From assembly GCA_963780185.1 (NCBI GenBank), contig CAWABA010000006.1:640001-704000 (forward strand): DNA of 64,000 nucleotides, read 5' to 3'. The notes under the pieces were generated by a model. The model did no database searches and was not told the origin of the DNA. It worked only from the letters and a program-made list of their open reading frames with translations. Below, in pieces: positions 9,935 to 17,566 of this stretch. A program made the position numbers and the translations under genes. The first letter of the stretch is position 1. Every line of letters starts with the position of its first letter. The DNA is from Candidatus Bathyarchaeota archaeon. GTDB lineage: Archaea > Thermoproteota > Bathyarchaeia > Bathyarchaeales > Bathycorpusculaceae.

Positions 9935-10228
9935 ACGGGAATAATCACGCATTACGGCTACAGCGACGGGTCAGGCGAATATTACGTAACCATCGACACC
10001 GACAAATGCAGCGGCTGCGGCAAATGCGTTAAGGCGTGCCCGATGGGGGCGCTTCAGTTGGAAGCCATGTTCATAGACCTCGAAGACAAAACAGTCGTTT
10101 CAGTCACCGAGGAGCAACGAAAAAAAATCAAATACACCTGCGGCACATGCAAACCCGAAACCAACCAAACCCCATGTGTGCTGGCTTGCGACGGCAAAGC
10201 AATCCGTTGCACATGGAAACCCCAATAA
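9935..10228 (+). CDS. ferredoxin (BzdM-like 4Fe-4S dicluster), start codon uncertain
   Basis: HYGYSDGSGEYYVTIDTDKCSGCGKCVKACP...CGTCKP...PCVLAC; RBS GGAGG at 9927-9931 followed by ACG/ATA rather than ATG. Confidence 0.85.
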   Translation, partial: TGIITHYGYSDGSGEYYVTIDTDKCSGCGKCVKACPMGALQLEAMFIDLEDKTVVSVTEEQRKKIKYTCGTCKPETNQTPCVLACDGKAIRCTWKPQ

Positions 10229-10271
10229 ATTTCCCTGATTTACAAGGATGTTTAAGGGCAATCAAATCAAT

Positions 10272-10673
10272 TTAAATTAATTCGAGCATTTTTTGAACGG
10301 TGACTATCTTGATTCCTCTGAAATCGTGCAGCGCCAAAAGATGGCTATCTCCACTTACAATCATGTCGGCGTTCGCGTCATAAGCGGTTTCAATAATCAT
10401 ATCGTCTTTAGGATCTGCTTTAACTGCCTCGAGCTTTGACGTTACTCTTACAAATTCGGAAGACCCTTTCAGCGTGAGTATAATCATGTTGATTTCTTCT
10501 TTGCCTATCTTGAATTCTGATCGACTCAGCACGCTTTCAAGTTCTTGCAAAATTAAGTCAGAGATAATGATAGAAAATCGGTTCGCCATTCCTCTTCGTA
10601 AAAGCTCTCTTGATCTACCGTTAGAAATTGTGGCGCTCACTAGAACGTTAGTGTCAAGAACAACCCTGAGCAT
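10272..10673 (-). CDS. PIN-domain toxin (VapC-like)
   Basis: VVLDTNVLVSA, DPKDDMIIETA, IVSGDSHLL. Confidence 0.9.
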   Translation of the reverse strand: MLRVVLDTNVLVSATISNGRSRELLRRGMANRFSIIISDLILQELESVLSRSEFKIGKEEINMIILTLKGSSEFVRVTSKLEAVKADPKDDMIIETAYDANADMIVSGDSHLLALHDFRGIKIVTVQKMLELI

Positions 10674-10686
10674 TTGATCATCCTAA

Positions 10687-10959
10687 TTATTTGCGGTAAT
10701 GCTCTTTCCTAACTTCTGACACTATTTCCTGGATTTCTTCCTCTGAAATGTTCAGATGTTTTTTGTCCATCATTTCAAAGATTTTTTCCCACTCTTTTTT
10801 CATGTCGGGCAGCTCCAGCTTTTTGAGAATGATGGTGTCGCCTTTGCCGTAGACGAGGAACTTGTTTTTCGGTTTTATTTTAAGCTCTTTTCGTATGGAC
10901 TGTGGGATGACTACTTGGCCTTTTTCGCTGATTGTTGTAACTTGTGGCTCTTCTGACAT
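10687..10959 (-). CDS. AbrB/MazE-family antitoxin
   Basis: ISEKGQVVIPQSIRKEL; directly upstream of the PIN gene. Confidence 0.9.
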   Translation of the reverse strand: MSEEPQVTTISEKGQVVIPQSIRKELKIKPKNKFLVYGKGDTIILKKLELPDMKKEWEKIFEMMDKKHLNISEEEIQEIVSEVRKEHYRK

Positions 10960-11024
10960 TTAGCATCAGTAAGAATAGTTTACTTTCACACTATTAATAA
11001 GTTGCGAAAAGAATCCGAGTTTTC

Positions 11025-11255
11025 ACTTTCAGTTACCTCTCCACTGTTTGGAAGTGTCTTTTCTGCAGTTGGCTTATTAGGGAAAGTAGCCAAATCTGCT
11101 CTTCTGCTATGTAAAACGAGGCGTTTAGTATGTTAAAAAGCATCAATTCAACATGCAAACTCACGCAGTCAACTTCTATGTTGAACCATGTTGAATCATA
11201 TTTGAAGCATATTAGAAGCATCTAGTTGACCGAGGGGTAGCTGTTGCATTCAAAC
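11025..11255 (+). repeat. 231-bp inverted repeat, left copy (partner 17188-17418)
   Basis: Reverse complement aligns without gaps to 17188-17418; 11102-11226 is identical to 17217-17341; about 22 mismatches overall by hand count. Confidence 0.95.
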
Positions 11256-11288
11256 GCCAACGGGCGCGAGGGCGCTTTGAATCTTAAA

Positions 11289-12107
11289 TTATGGAGCGAT
11301 TTTTATTGATGTCATTGTTAGTGAGCCTGCGACTGGTTTGTCGTTGAAGAACGTTATTATCTCGTTTTTTTCTTTCAGCGCCAAGGCGTAGAGCAGGGGC
11401 AGATAATGTTCGGGCGTGGGTATAGCCAAGTTGAACGCGGTGCCTTGGGAGCGATAATTAATTAGCTGCTCATGCTCGCCGTTTAGGATATGTTTCTTCA
11501 TTTTCTCGTTGGCTTCAAGAGCCCAATCGTACCCGTACCCTGCCATGTCCATGTTCTCCCAGTCAACCAGTCCCAGATTATGCACCATGTTCCCGCTTCC
11601 AACAATCAACACGCCCTGCCTGCGAAGCGACGAAAGCTGCCTAGCCAGCGAGTAATGAAATTCCGCGTCTTTGAAGTGATCCAGGCTAAGCTGCACAATT
11701 GGGACATCGGCGTCGGGGTAAAAATGTTTCAGCACGATCCAGCAGCCGTGATCGAGACCCCACTCGTAATCCAGCTTTACGTCGGCTTTTTTGACGGTGT
11801 CCGCGACTTCTTTGGCAATGGCTAGACTGCCTGGTGCGGGGTATTGCACGTTGCAGAGTTCTTGTGGGAACCCGTAGAAGTCATGGATGGTTTTTGGTTG
11901 ATCCATCGCGGTTACAGCGGTGCCGCGTGTTTCCCAATGAGCCGACACACACAGCACTGCGGTAGGCTTGGGAATCGTCGCCGCAGCCTCCCTGAAGCCC
12001 TCTACAAACTCGTTTTCTTCGATGGCGTTCATGGGGCTGCCGTGACCTACAAACAGCACAGGCATCGGCTTTTCGCCTTTTGAGCCGCTGGTTTTTTCAT
12101 TTGCCAT
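11289..12107 (-). CDS. ygiD: 4,5-DOPA extradiol dioxygenase family protein (YgiD/LigB class)
   Basis: FVGHGSPMNA, VSAHWET, TIHDFYGFP, GLDHG, GSGNMVHNL, PTPEHYLPL. Confidence 0.9.
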   Translation of the reverse strand: MANEKTSGSKGEKPMPVLFVGHGSPMNAIEENEFVEGFREAAATIPKPTAVLCVSAHWETRGTAVTAMDQPKTIHDFYGFPQELCNVQYPAPGSLAIAKEVADTVKKADVKLDYEWGLDHGCWIVLKHFYPDADVPIVQLSLDHFKDAEFHYSLARQLSSLRRQGVLIVGSGNMVHNLGLVDWENMDMAGYGYDWALEANEKMKKHILNGEHEQLINYRSQGTAFNLAIPTPEHYLPLLYALALKEKNEIITFFNDKPVAGSLTMTSIKIAP

Positions 12108-12329
12108 TCTGTTAGCCGATAGATACAGGCGGAGAATGTTTCAATAAACTTTTCTTTAGCAAGATGTAACAAGCCAAATTGGACAGACGCGTCACGGTTT
12201 TTGCGTCTATTTGGTTCATCTAGATGTCCCTATTTGGATCCTATAGAAAACCGTCGGGGGGCTGGGTACGAAAAAATAAAAAGCTGCCCGTGGAAAAACC
12301 AGCCCGAAAAAACAAGCCAGCCCTTTTCT

Positions 12330-12569
12330 TCAGCTTTTTGCCGAGGTTTTGGAGGTTGCCATTTCGGCGAAGTCGTAGCGTAGGAGTCGGTGTTTGCATT
12401 TGGTGTTTTTGCAGCCGTAGAGGAATAGGTTGGGGTTGCCGTGGTTGACGGTTAGGGCTTGGGTGGTGGATTTGCAGTTGGCGCAGGGTGCGGCGCGGAC
12501 TTGATCGTTTGTTATGTAGCCTTGGAGGAGCCTGACGCTCCATGGTTTATCCTTAAAAGAAGTCAACAC
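12330..12569 (-). CDS. small zinc-ribbon-like hypothetical protein
   Basis: CANC...CKNTKC; GAGGTGA RBS-like sequence upstream on the minus strand. Confidence 0.55.
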   Translation of the reverse strand: MLTSFKDKPWSVRLLQGYITNDQVRAAPCANCKSTTQALTVNHGNPNLFLYGCKNTKCKHRLLRYDFAEMATSKTSAKS

Positions 12570-12882
12570 AAAAAATCACCTCAGCAAAACGGGGTTGCCA
12601 CGTGTGGGGACCGCCAAATCCAGCCAACACCATATGTTTAGACAAATAAATCGGTTTGTGACTGTCAAATCACAGCAACGCCCAACAAACCACGCGCCGA
12701 AGAGAAACCAAAGCATGCCTTCTCAAAAACCAAACCCAAACCCGCCAAACCCAAAACCCAAAAACCAGCAAAAACAAACTTTTCCTCCAGCTTCGGCGTC
12801 CTGATTCTGGATACTGACGGCGATTTCATAAGTTAGTTAAACACCGTCAACCAACAAGTCAGCGTAATATGGAGGAAAAAAA

Positions 12883-13062
12883 ATGAAAAATCTTGAAGAA
12901 AAAGACCGAAAACAGTTAGAAGCCAAAATGGCAAACGCCTTTCAAGAAAATATTCGTCAATTGTCAACAGAATTGCGTGAAATATTGCTAGATGACATGG
13001 TTACAGCATTCGAAAATAGACTAAAAGTGTTAAACCGCATAGGCAAAGAACCCCAAAACTAA
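12883..13062 (+). CDS. 59-aa helical hypothetical protein (below ORF-track cutoff)
   Basis: GGAGG RBS then MKNLEEKDRKQLEAKMANAFQENIRQLSTELREILLDDMVTAFENRLKVLNRIGKEPQN*. Confidence 0.7.
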   Translation: MKNLEEKDRKQLEAKMANAFQENIRQLSTELREILLDDMVTAFENRLKVLNRIGKEPQN

Positions 13063-13148
13063 CGCCGACAATGGACACCAATATTGATCCTCAATACATA
13101 AATGATTTATATATAAACCGATTACTAACTAAAAAAAGAGGAGTATAA

Positions 13149-13442
13149 GTGCGTCGATCAAAACTCGAAATGTATGTAGACATCCTATCAGTACTCGCCC
13201 ACAGAGGACCACTAAAACTGACACACGTAATGTACAAAGCAAACGTCAACTGCAGCGTCCTCAAAGAATACCTCGACTTCCTCATAAAACAAGGCCTAGT
13301 AGAAGAACGCACCGCAGGCAAACACCGACTCGTCTACGCAGTAACACAACGAGGCATAACAGTACTGAAATACTTCAAAGAACTAAAACAAGTCCTACCA
13401 ATAGTAGAGGAAGCCCGAAACCAAACACCAATCCCCTACTAA
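13149..13442 (+). CDS. winged helix-turn-helix protein (archaeal RRSKLE type)
   Basis: MRRSKLEMYVDIL...LTHVMYKANVN...YLDFLIKQGLV...YAVTQRG. Confidence 0.85.
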   Translation: MRRSKLEMYVDILSVLAHRGPLKLTHVMYKANVNCSVLKEYLDFLIKQGLVEERTAGKHRLVYAVTQRGITVLKYFKELKQVLPIVEEARNQTPIPY

Positions 13443-13613
13443 ACCTCACCACCCAATTTACCTCAATTCCAGCGAATCGTTTAATTTTCAATCAATTGTT
13501 TAATACTGAAAACATTGTTTTTTTTATTTGCTGTTTTGCGGTTGTGACTTAGTTGTTTGAAATATGTACTTCTGTTTCGTAATACTTAATAAACACTTAA
13601 GGGAACTGTAGAT

Positions 13614-14021
13614 GTGCAAAACAAGTCAGGGGGTCTTGGTATTAAAGAGCAAATGACGACCAAAGGGCCGATAGCCATTCTTGAGAAGATTGAGGAGAGT
13701 CTTGAGAGGTTGAATGAGAAGATGGAGGTTATTATTGAGATTCAGAAGAGTGGTGGTGATGGTGGGCGTGGGTCTGTTGTGTTGCCTGATGCGTCTTTGG
13801 ATGTTATGACGCTTTTGTCTATGCCGGATCATTTGCGTAAGACTGCGATGACGATTTGTCGTTGTGGTCGTGCGACTGCTGAGGAGATTTCTGTGTCTAC
13901 TTGTCGTGCGCGTGCGGTTGAGAGTGCGTATCTTAATCAGTTGGTGCTTATGGGGTATCTCAAGAAGGAGCGTAAGGGTCGGAAGGCTTATTTTTTTGTT
14001 GATGTTGAGGGGAGGAGTTGA
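13614..14021 (+). CDS. coiled-coil + winged HTH protein coupled to MinD/ParA
   Basis: LLSMPDHLRKTAM...ATAEEIS...RARAVESAYLNQLV.MGYLKKERKGRKAYF; stop overlaps the next start. Confidence 0.8.
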   Translation: MQNKSGGLGIKEQMTTKGPIAILEKIEESLERLNEKMEVIIEIQKSGGDGGRGSVVLPDASLDVMTLLSMPDHLRKTAMTICRCGRATAEEISVSTCRARAVESAYLNQLVLMGYLKKERKGRKAYFFVDVEGRS

Positions 14022-14806
14022 TGGGTTTGAGTAGGGTTATTGCTGTTCATTCGTATAAGGGTGGGACGGGTAAGACGTTGTTGTCGGTGAATTTGGCGGC
14101 GACGCTTGCGAAGGCAGGTAGAAAAGTCTGTGTTTTTGACCTTGACTTTCGTGCGCCAAGTCTCTTCGCTATCCTTAACGCTGAATCCGCCGGGCACTGG
14201 TTTAACGATTACCTCAACAACACTGCTGACATCGGCTCAGTTATGGTGGATTTAAGCGGACGCATCTCGGGCGGAGGCAAATTTTATGCTGCTTTGGCTA
14301 ATCCGGCGACGGAGGCGATCCGTGACATGTCATCGAAGGATCGGAAATGGGAAATGCGCGCGCTGGGCCGCCTGCTTGCGTTGAAGGAAACGTTGCTTGC
14401 CAGCCAAAAATTCGATTACCTGTTCTTCGACACGAGTCCAGGCTTGCAGTATTCGTCGATAAACGCGATTGTCGCGGCAGACTTTGTGATTGTGGCGACC
14501 ACAGGCGACCGCTCCGACGTGGACGGAACCAAACGCATGCTTGCCGAACTGTATAACCTGTTTGAGAAGAAGACGGGGTTGGTTCTGAACAAAGTGCTTG
14601 ATGCATCTGCCACCGCCAAGAAAGCGGAGATGGCTGCAAAAATCAAAGACGCCTACCAAGTGCCCCTGCTCGGCTTAGTGCCCTGCTTCTGCGAAGTTCT
14701 CCGCGCCGAAGGCAACTTCATATTCGCCGAAGACAAACCCAACCACCCATTCACCAAAATCCTCACGGAAATGGCCAAAAAAATAGAAACCCACGAACTA
14801 GAATAA
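14018..14806 (+). CDS. MinD/ParA family ATPase
   Basis: Deviant Walker A KGGTGKT, DLDFRAPSL, FDTSPG, VLNK. Confidence 0.9.
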   Translation: MMGLSRVIAVHSYKGGTGKTLLSVNLAATLAKAGRKVCVFDLDFRAPSLFAILNAESAGHWFNDYLNNTADIGSVMVDLSGRISGGGKFYAALANPATEAIRDMSSKDRKWEMRALGRLLALKETLLASQKFDYLFFDTSPGLQYSSINAIVAADFVIVATTGDRSDVDGTKRMLAELYNLFEKKTGLVLNKVLDASATAKKAEMAAKIKDAYQVPLLGLVPCFCEVLRAEGNFIFAEDKPNHPFTKILTEMAKKIETHELE

Positions 14807-14897
14807 CCCAACCCACACCCACCTTTCTTTAGGCATCCAACACTTCCACTGCCTTTCACGTGTACCCAGCCGACCACCCAACGTTTTCCTTAACTGC

Positions 14898-15164
14898 CTA
14901 CGCAAAGACCCGCATTTCACCCGGCTTCGTTTTAGACCCAGAAATCAACAACGACCCATTGTCTTCATCCAAAACAAAACCATGTTTCCTCACAAGCGCC
15001 TGCACATCCGTAAGGTTCCTTCCGTCAAGAAAATCAACATTTATCTTCAGCTCAAAATCCTTCCGAGAAACCTTATTCGGCGACAACGAAATGCTGCTTA
15101 CAAAAGCGTCTGGCATACACTTGCAAATCTCTTTGAAAATCTTAACAGCCTCGCGCCTACGCAT
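14898..15164 (-). CDS. hypothetical protein (88 aa)
   Basis: MRRREAVKIFKEIC... from ATG at 15164; the longer upstream extension in the ORF track looks non-coding. Confidence 0.65.
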   Translation of the reverse strand: MRRREAVKIFKEICKCMPDAFVSSISLSPNKVSRKDFELKINVDFLDGRNLTDVQALVRKHGFVLDEDNGSLLISGSKTKPGEMRVFA

Positions 15165-15451
15165 GAAGCACACACGCAAATCACAAAGTATACAGCGACA
15201 GCTTAAGACAATTACTGACAAGCAAAAGTCAAAAAACACACGCGGGAACCTAAGCGTCAACATTCTTTTTGACAGGGCGTAATGGAAATTTTGCCTGAAA
15301 GAGAAATCGACGTACTTACTGGACAAAGTTAACTCATAGATGAACAATTGGCTGTCTCTGCATGCGCCATTTGCCACTTTTGTGGCAGACGTTTGGTTGA
15401 CTTCAGGGATAACTTCTATGCTATTCTGCCATCCAAGCGTCAACAAGCCTC

Positions 15452-16921
15452 TTAAAGAATGAAGGCTCCTACACCCGGCGGCGCCGCGCTCCCAGCAGCC
15501 TTACACGCCAGCGCCAACGCCATCAACTGGTCATCATGCTTCCCAATCGGATGCCAAAACTTTAGGTGAATCCGCTCCTGAGCCGTCCTCGGCTGCAAAT
15601 ACGCATACTCCTGCTCGTTAAGCTGCACAACCAGCGCCTTGTCGTCTCCAGCAATTTTGAGGCGCTTCTTCTCCATGAAGAGTTTGAGCTGGTTTAGCAT
15701 GTTTTCTTTTTCTGCGTCCGTGAAGAAGACGCCTTCAACCGAAGGAATGCTGATGTTGTTGAGTTCATCCACGATGGCGTCACCTATCCCGCCCTTATCA
15801 ACGTTTAGCCGCTCAAAATGGAAAACCTGCTCTGCCCGAGCCACGTAGCCGATGACCTCGGGGTAGCTGGTTCCCAGCGGAAACTGCCGCTTGTGGACAA
15901 GCCTTACGTCGCCGTTGTAGCTTTTCTGAACCACGGCAAGCACGCTAAAATCCATCTGTTTGCCAAGGTCTAAGCCCGCGTAGCAGGGTCCGAGGAGCTT
16001 CTGTTCGGGCTTGAGTTTCTCGATGTCTTCCACGTAAGCTTTGGCTGAATCTGGGTTGCCCAGCTCGGGATCAACACAGCCCACAATCAAGTCCATCGGG
16101 AAAAACGTATGCGTCGCCTCAACCCACAACCCCTCAACCTCACGCTGCCACTCCTCATGAGTCATAACCTCCTTCCACTCGTCAAGTTGGGCGGGGCTTA
16201 CCAGCGGGCTTTGGTAGCTGGCATAGTGGTGTACGCTGTAGCGTTTGGTGTCCAAAAACGCCTTGCGGAAAACATGGTCAGAACCCATCGGCGTCCCACT
16301 CATAACCAAGCTTGCGCCGGGTTTGGTGAGCATCATCATTATCTCGCTGGTTATCATTTCGCCTGGAACGATTGATGCCTCGTCAATGAAGACGTAGTCG
16401 GGGTGGTAGCCTCTGAGCCTATCTTTAGAGCATGGAAGAGCAACAATCCTCCCGCCCAAAGGCCGCTTCAGCCTTATTTGAGTGCGGGTTGTTCCAGGCT
16501 TCAAAACCATTTCCCTAAGCAACGGGTTACCATGGATAGTTGAGTAGCAGTAATCAAACATAATCATCGATTGCCGCTGAGTGCTGCTAATGATAAGGCT
16601 CTCTATCTTCGGCTTCGTGTATAAGAGCCAAAGGTTTTTTCTGCTAAAAACAAGGCTTTTACCCCAACCTCTCCCGCAAACAGCCACCTGCCTCGGGCTA
16701 CTATCCCGAAGGAGTTTCTGATGCTCAGGCGCGTTGATTAGCCATTTGTCGCCGCACATCAAAATGGCGAAGAAAACAGGGTCAGCGACAAGTTTAGATG
16801 CTACCTCTTTATGGGAAAGCAACTCTTTTAGGGCAGCTGGCTTTTCCAGCAACCTCTCGCAAATGGACGCCGCAAACGTTGGGTCGCTTGTTACCTGTGA
16901 TATGAAAGCCGTCTCTTCCAA
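15452..16921 (-). CDS. terminase large subunit-like protein (ATPase + RNase H-like nuclease)
   Basis: Walker A VCGRGWGKS, LRG then Walker B VFIDEA, motif III SGTP, nuclease AGLDLG..DFS, VDKGGIG, HDDQLMALALA. Confidence 0.9.
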   Translation of the reverse strand: MEETAFISQVTSDPTFAASICERLLEKPAALKELLSHKEVASKLVADPVFFAILMCGDKWLINAPEHQKLLRDSSPRQVAVCGRGWGKSLVFSRKNLWLLYTKPKIESLIISSTQRQSMIMFDYCYSTIHGNPLLREMVLKPGTTRTQIRLKRPLGGRIVALPCSKDRLRGYHPDYVFIDEASIVPGEMITSEIMMMLTKPGASLVMSGTPMGSDHVFRKAFLDTKRYSVHHYASYQSPLVSPAQLDEWKEVMTHEEWQREVEGLWVEATHTFFPMDLIVGCVDPELGNPDSAKAYVEDIEKLKPEQKLLGPCYAGLDLGKQMDFSVLAVVQKSYNGDVRLVHKRQFPLGTSYPEVIGYVARAEQVFHFERLNVDKGGIGDAIVDELNNISIPSVEGVFFTDAEKENMLNQLKLFMEKKRLKIAGDDKALVVQLNEQEYAYLQPRTAQERIHLKFWHPIGKHDDQLMALALACKAAGSAAPPGVGAFIL

Positions 16922-17199
16922 GTCTTATAGTCCCTTCTGATTAACCTGCGCGCCTGAGGAGTAACGTCTCGGATAAAGTCGCCGAGAGTCGAATCGCTGA
17001 ACTCTGATTCTAGCCCTTTCTGATTTATCAACTTGTTCAAAAGGCTCGCATGATAGGCAATAGCATTTGCAACCCGCGTCTTCTCCTCTATGGAAAGCTC
17101 TTTCTTCTTTAGAGTCCTCTTCAATTCACGAAGAATCTCCCACTCAAGACTGATTAGTCTATCCTGATTAGGTGGCGGTCGCCTTGTGTTTGAATGCAA
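16891..17199 (-). CDS. small helical protein overlapping the terminase gene (candidate TerS)
   Basis: 102 aa, basic and helical, GGAGGT RBS, 31-nt overlap with terL; TerS role inferred from position only. Confidence 0.6.
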   Translation of the reverse strand: MHSNTRRPPPNQDRLISLEWEILRELKRTLKKKELSIEEKTRVANAIAYHASLLNKLINQKGLESEFSDSTLGDFIRDVTPQARRLIRRDYKTWKRRLSYHR

Positions 17200-17418
17200 C
17201 GTCTACCTCCCGGTCTACTAGATGCTTCTAATATGCTTCAAATATGATTCAACATGGTTCAACATAGAAGTTGACTGCGTGAGTTTGCATGTTGAATTGA
17301 TGCTTTTTAACATACTAAACGCCTCGTTTTACATAGCAGAAATGTCGAGTCGGTTGTTTTCCCTAATAAGCCGACTACAGAAAAGACATACCCAACCAGT
17401 GGAGGGATAACTGAAAGT
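17188..17418 (-). repeat. 231-bp inverted repeat, right copy; contains promoter-like region, RBS and first 4 codons of the candidate terS
   Basis: Aligns to 11025-11255; TATA-like TTAAAAA at 17304-17310 (minus strand). Confidence 0.95.
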
Positions 17419-17566
17419 AAGCTATCTTATTTTTTGAACCGCACACCTTTTTTTACTACAGGGTCTGTAGTGCTACAGGGTGTTTAGTAAATGCCGAAAA
17501 AACTTTTTGTTCTAGTCCTGATTCAATAGCAAACTTTATTTCCAGAAATAAGAGAATGAGACGGCT

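Larger units (their letters stand above)
11025..17418. mobile_element. putative inverted-repeat-bounded element carrying an orphan terminase pair
   Basis: Long inverted repeats at both ends plus a terminase; no recombinase or target-site duplication seen, so mobility is only inferred. Confidence 0.4.

Noticed and set aside
11033-11221. Duplicated 62-aa ORF MLLICFKYDST... (also 17222-17410)
   Set aside because: Falls wholly within the inverted repeat, antisense to the promoter/RBS it carries; differences between copies are largely non-synonymous and no RBS is evident. Treated as non-coding.
15165-15446. N-terminal extension of the 182-aa ORF 14898-15446
   Set aside because: Implausible composition; a better start with TATA-like context exists at 15164
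17219-17270. Short repeats as a mini-CRISPR array
   Set aside because: Units are 10-11 bp, abutting, with no spacers and no cas genes
11025-17418. Classical composite transposon or provirus
   Set aside because: No transposase, integrase, TSD, att direct repeats or virion genes visible
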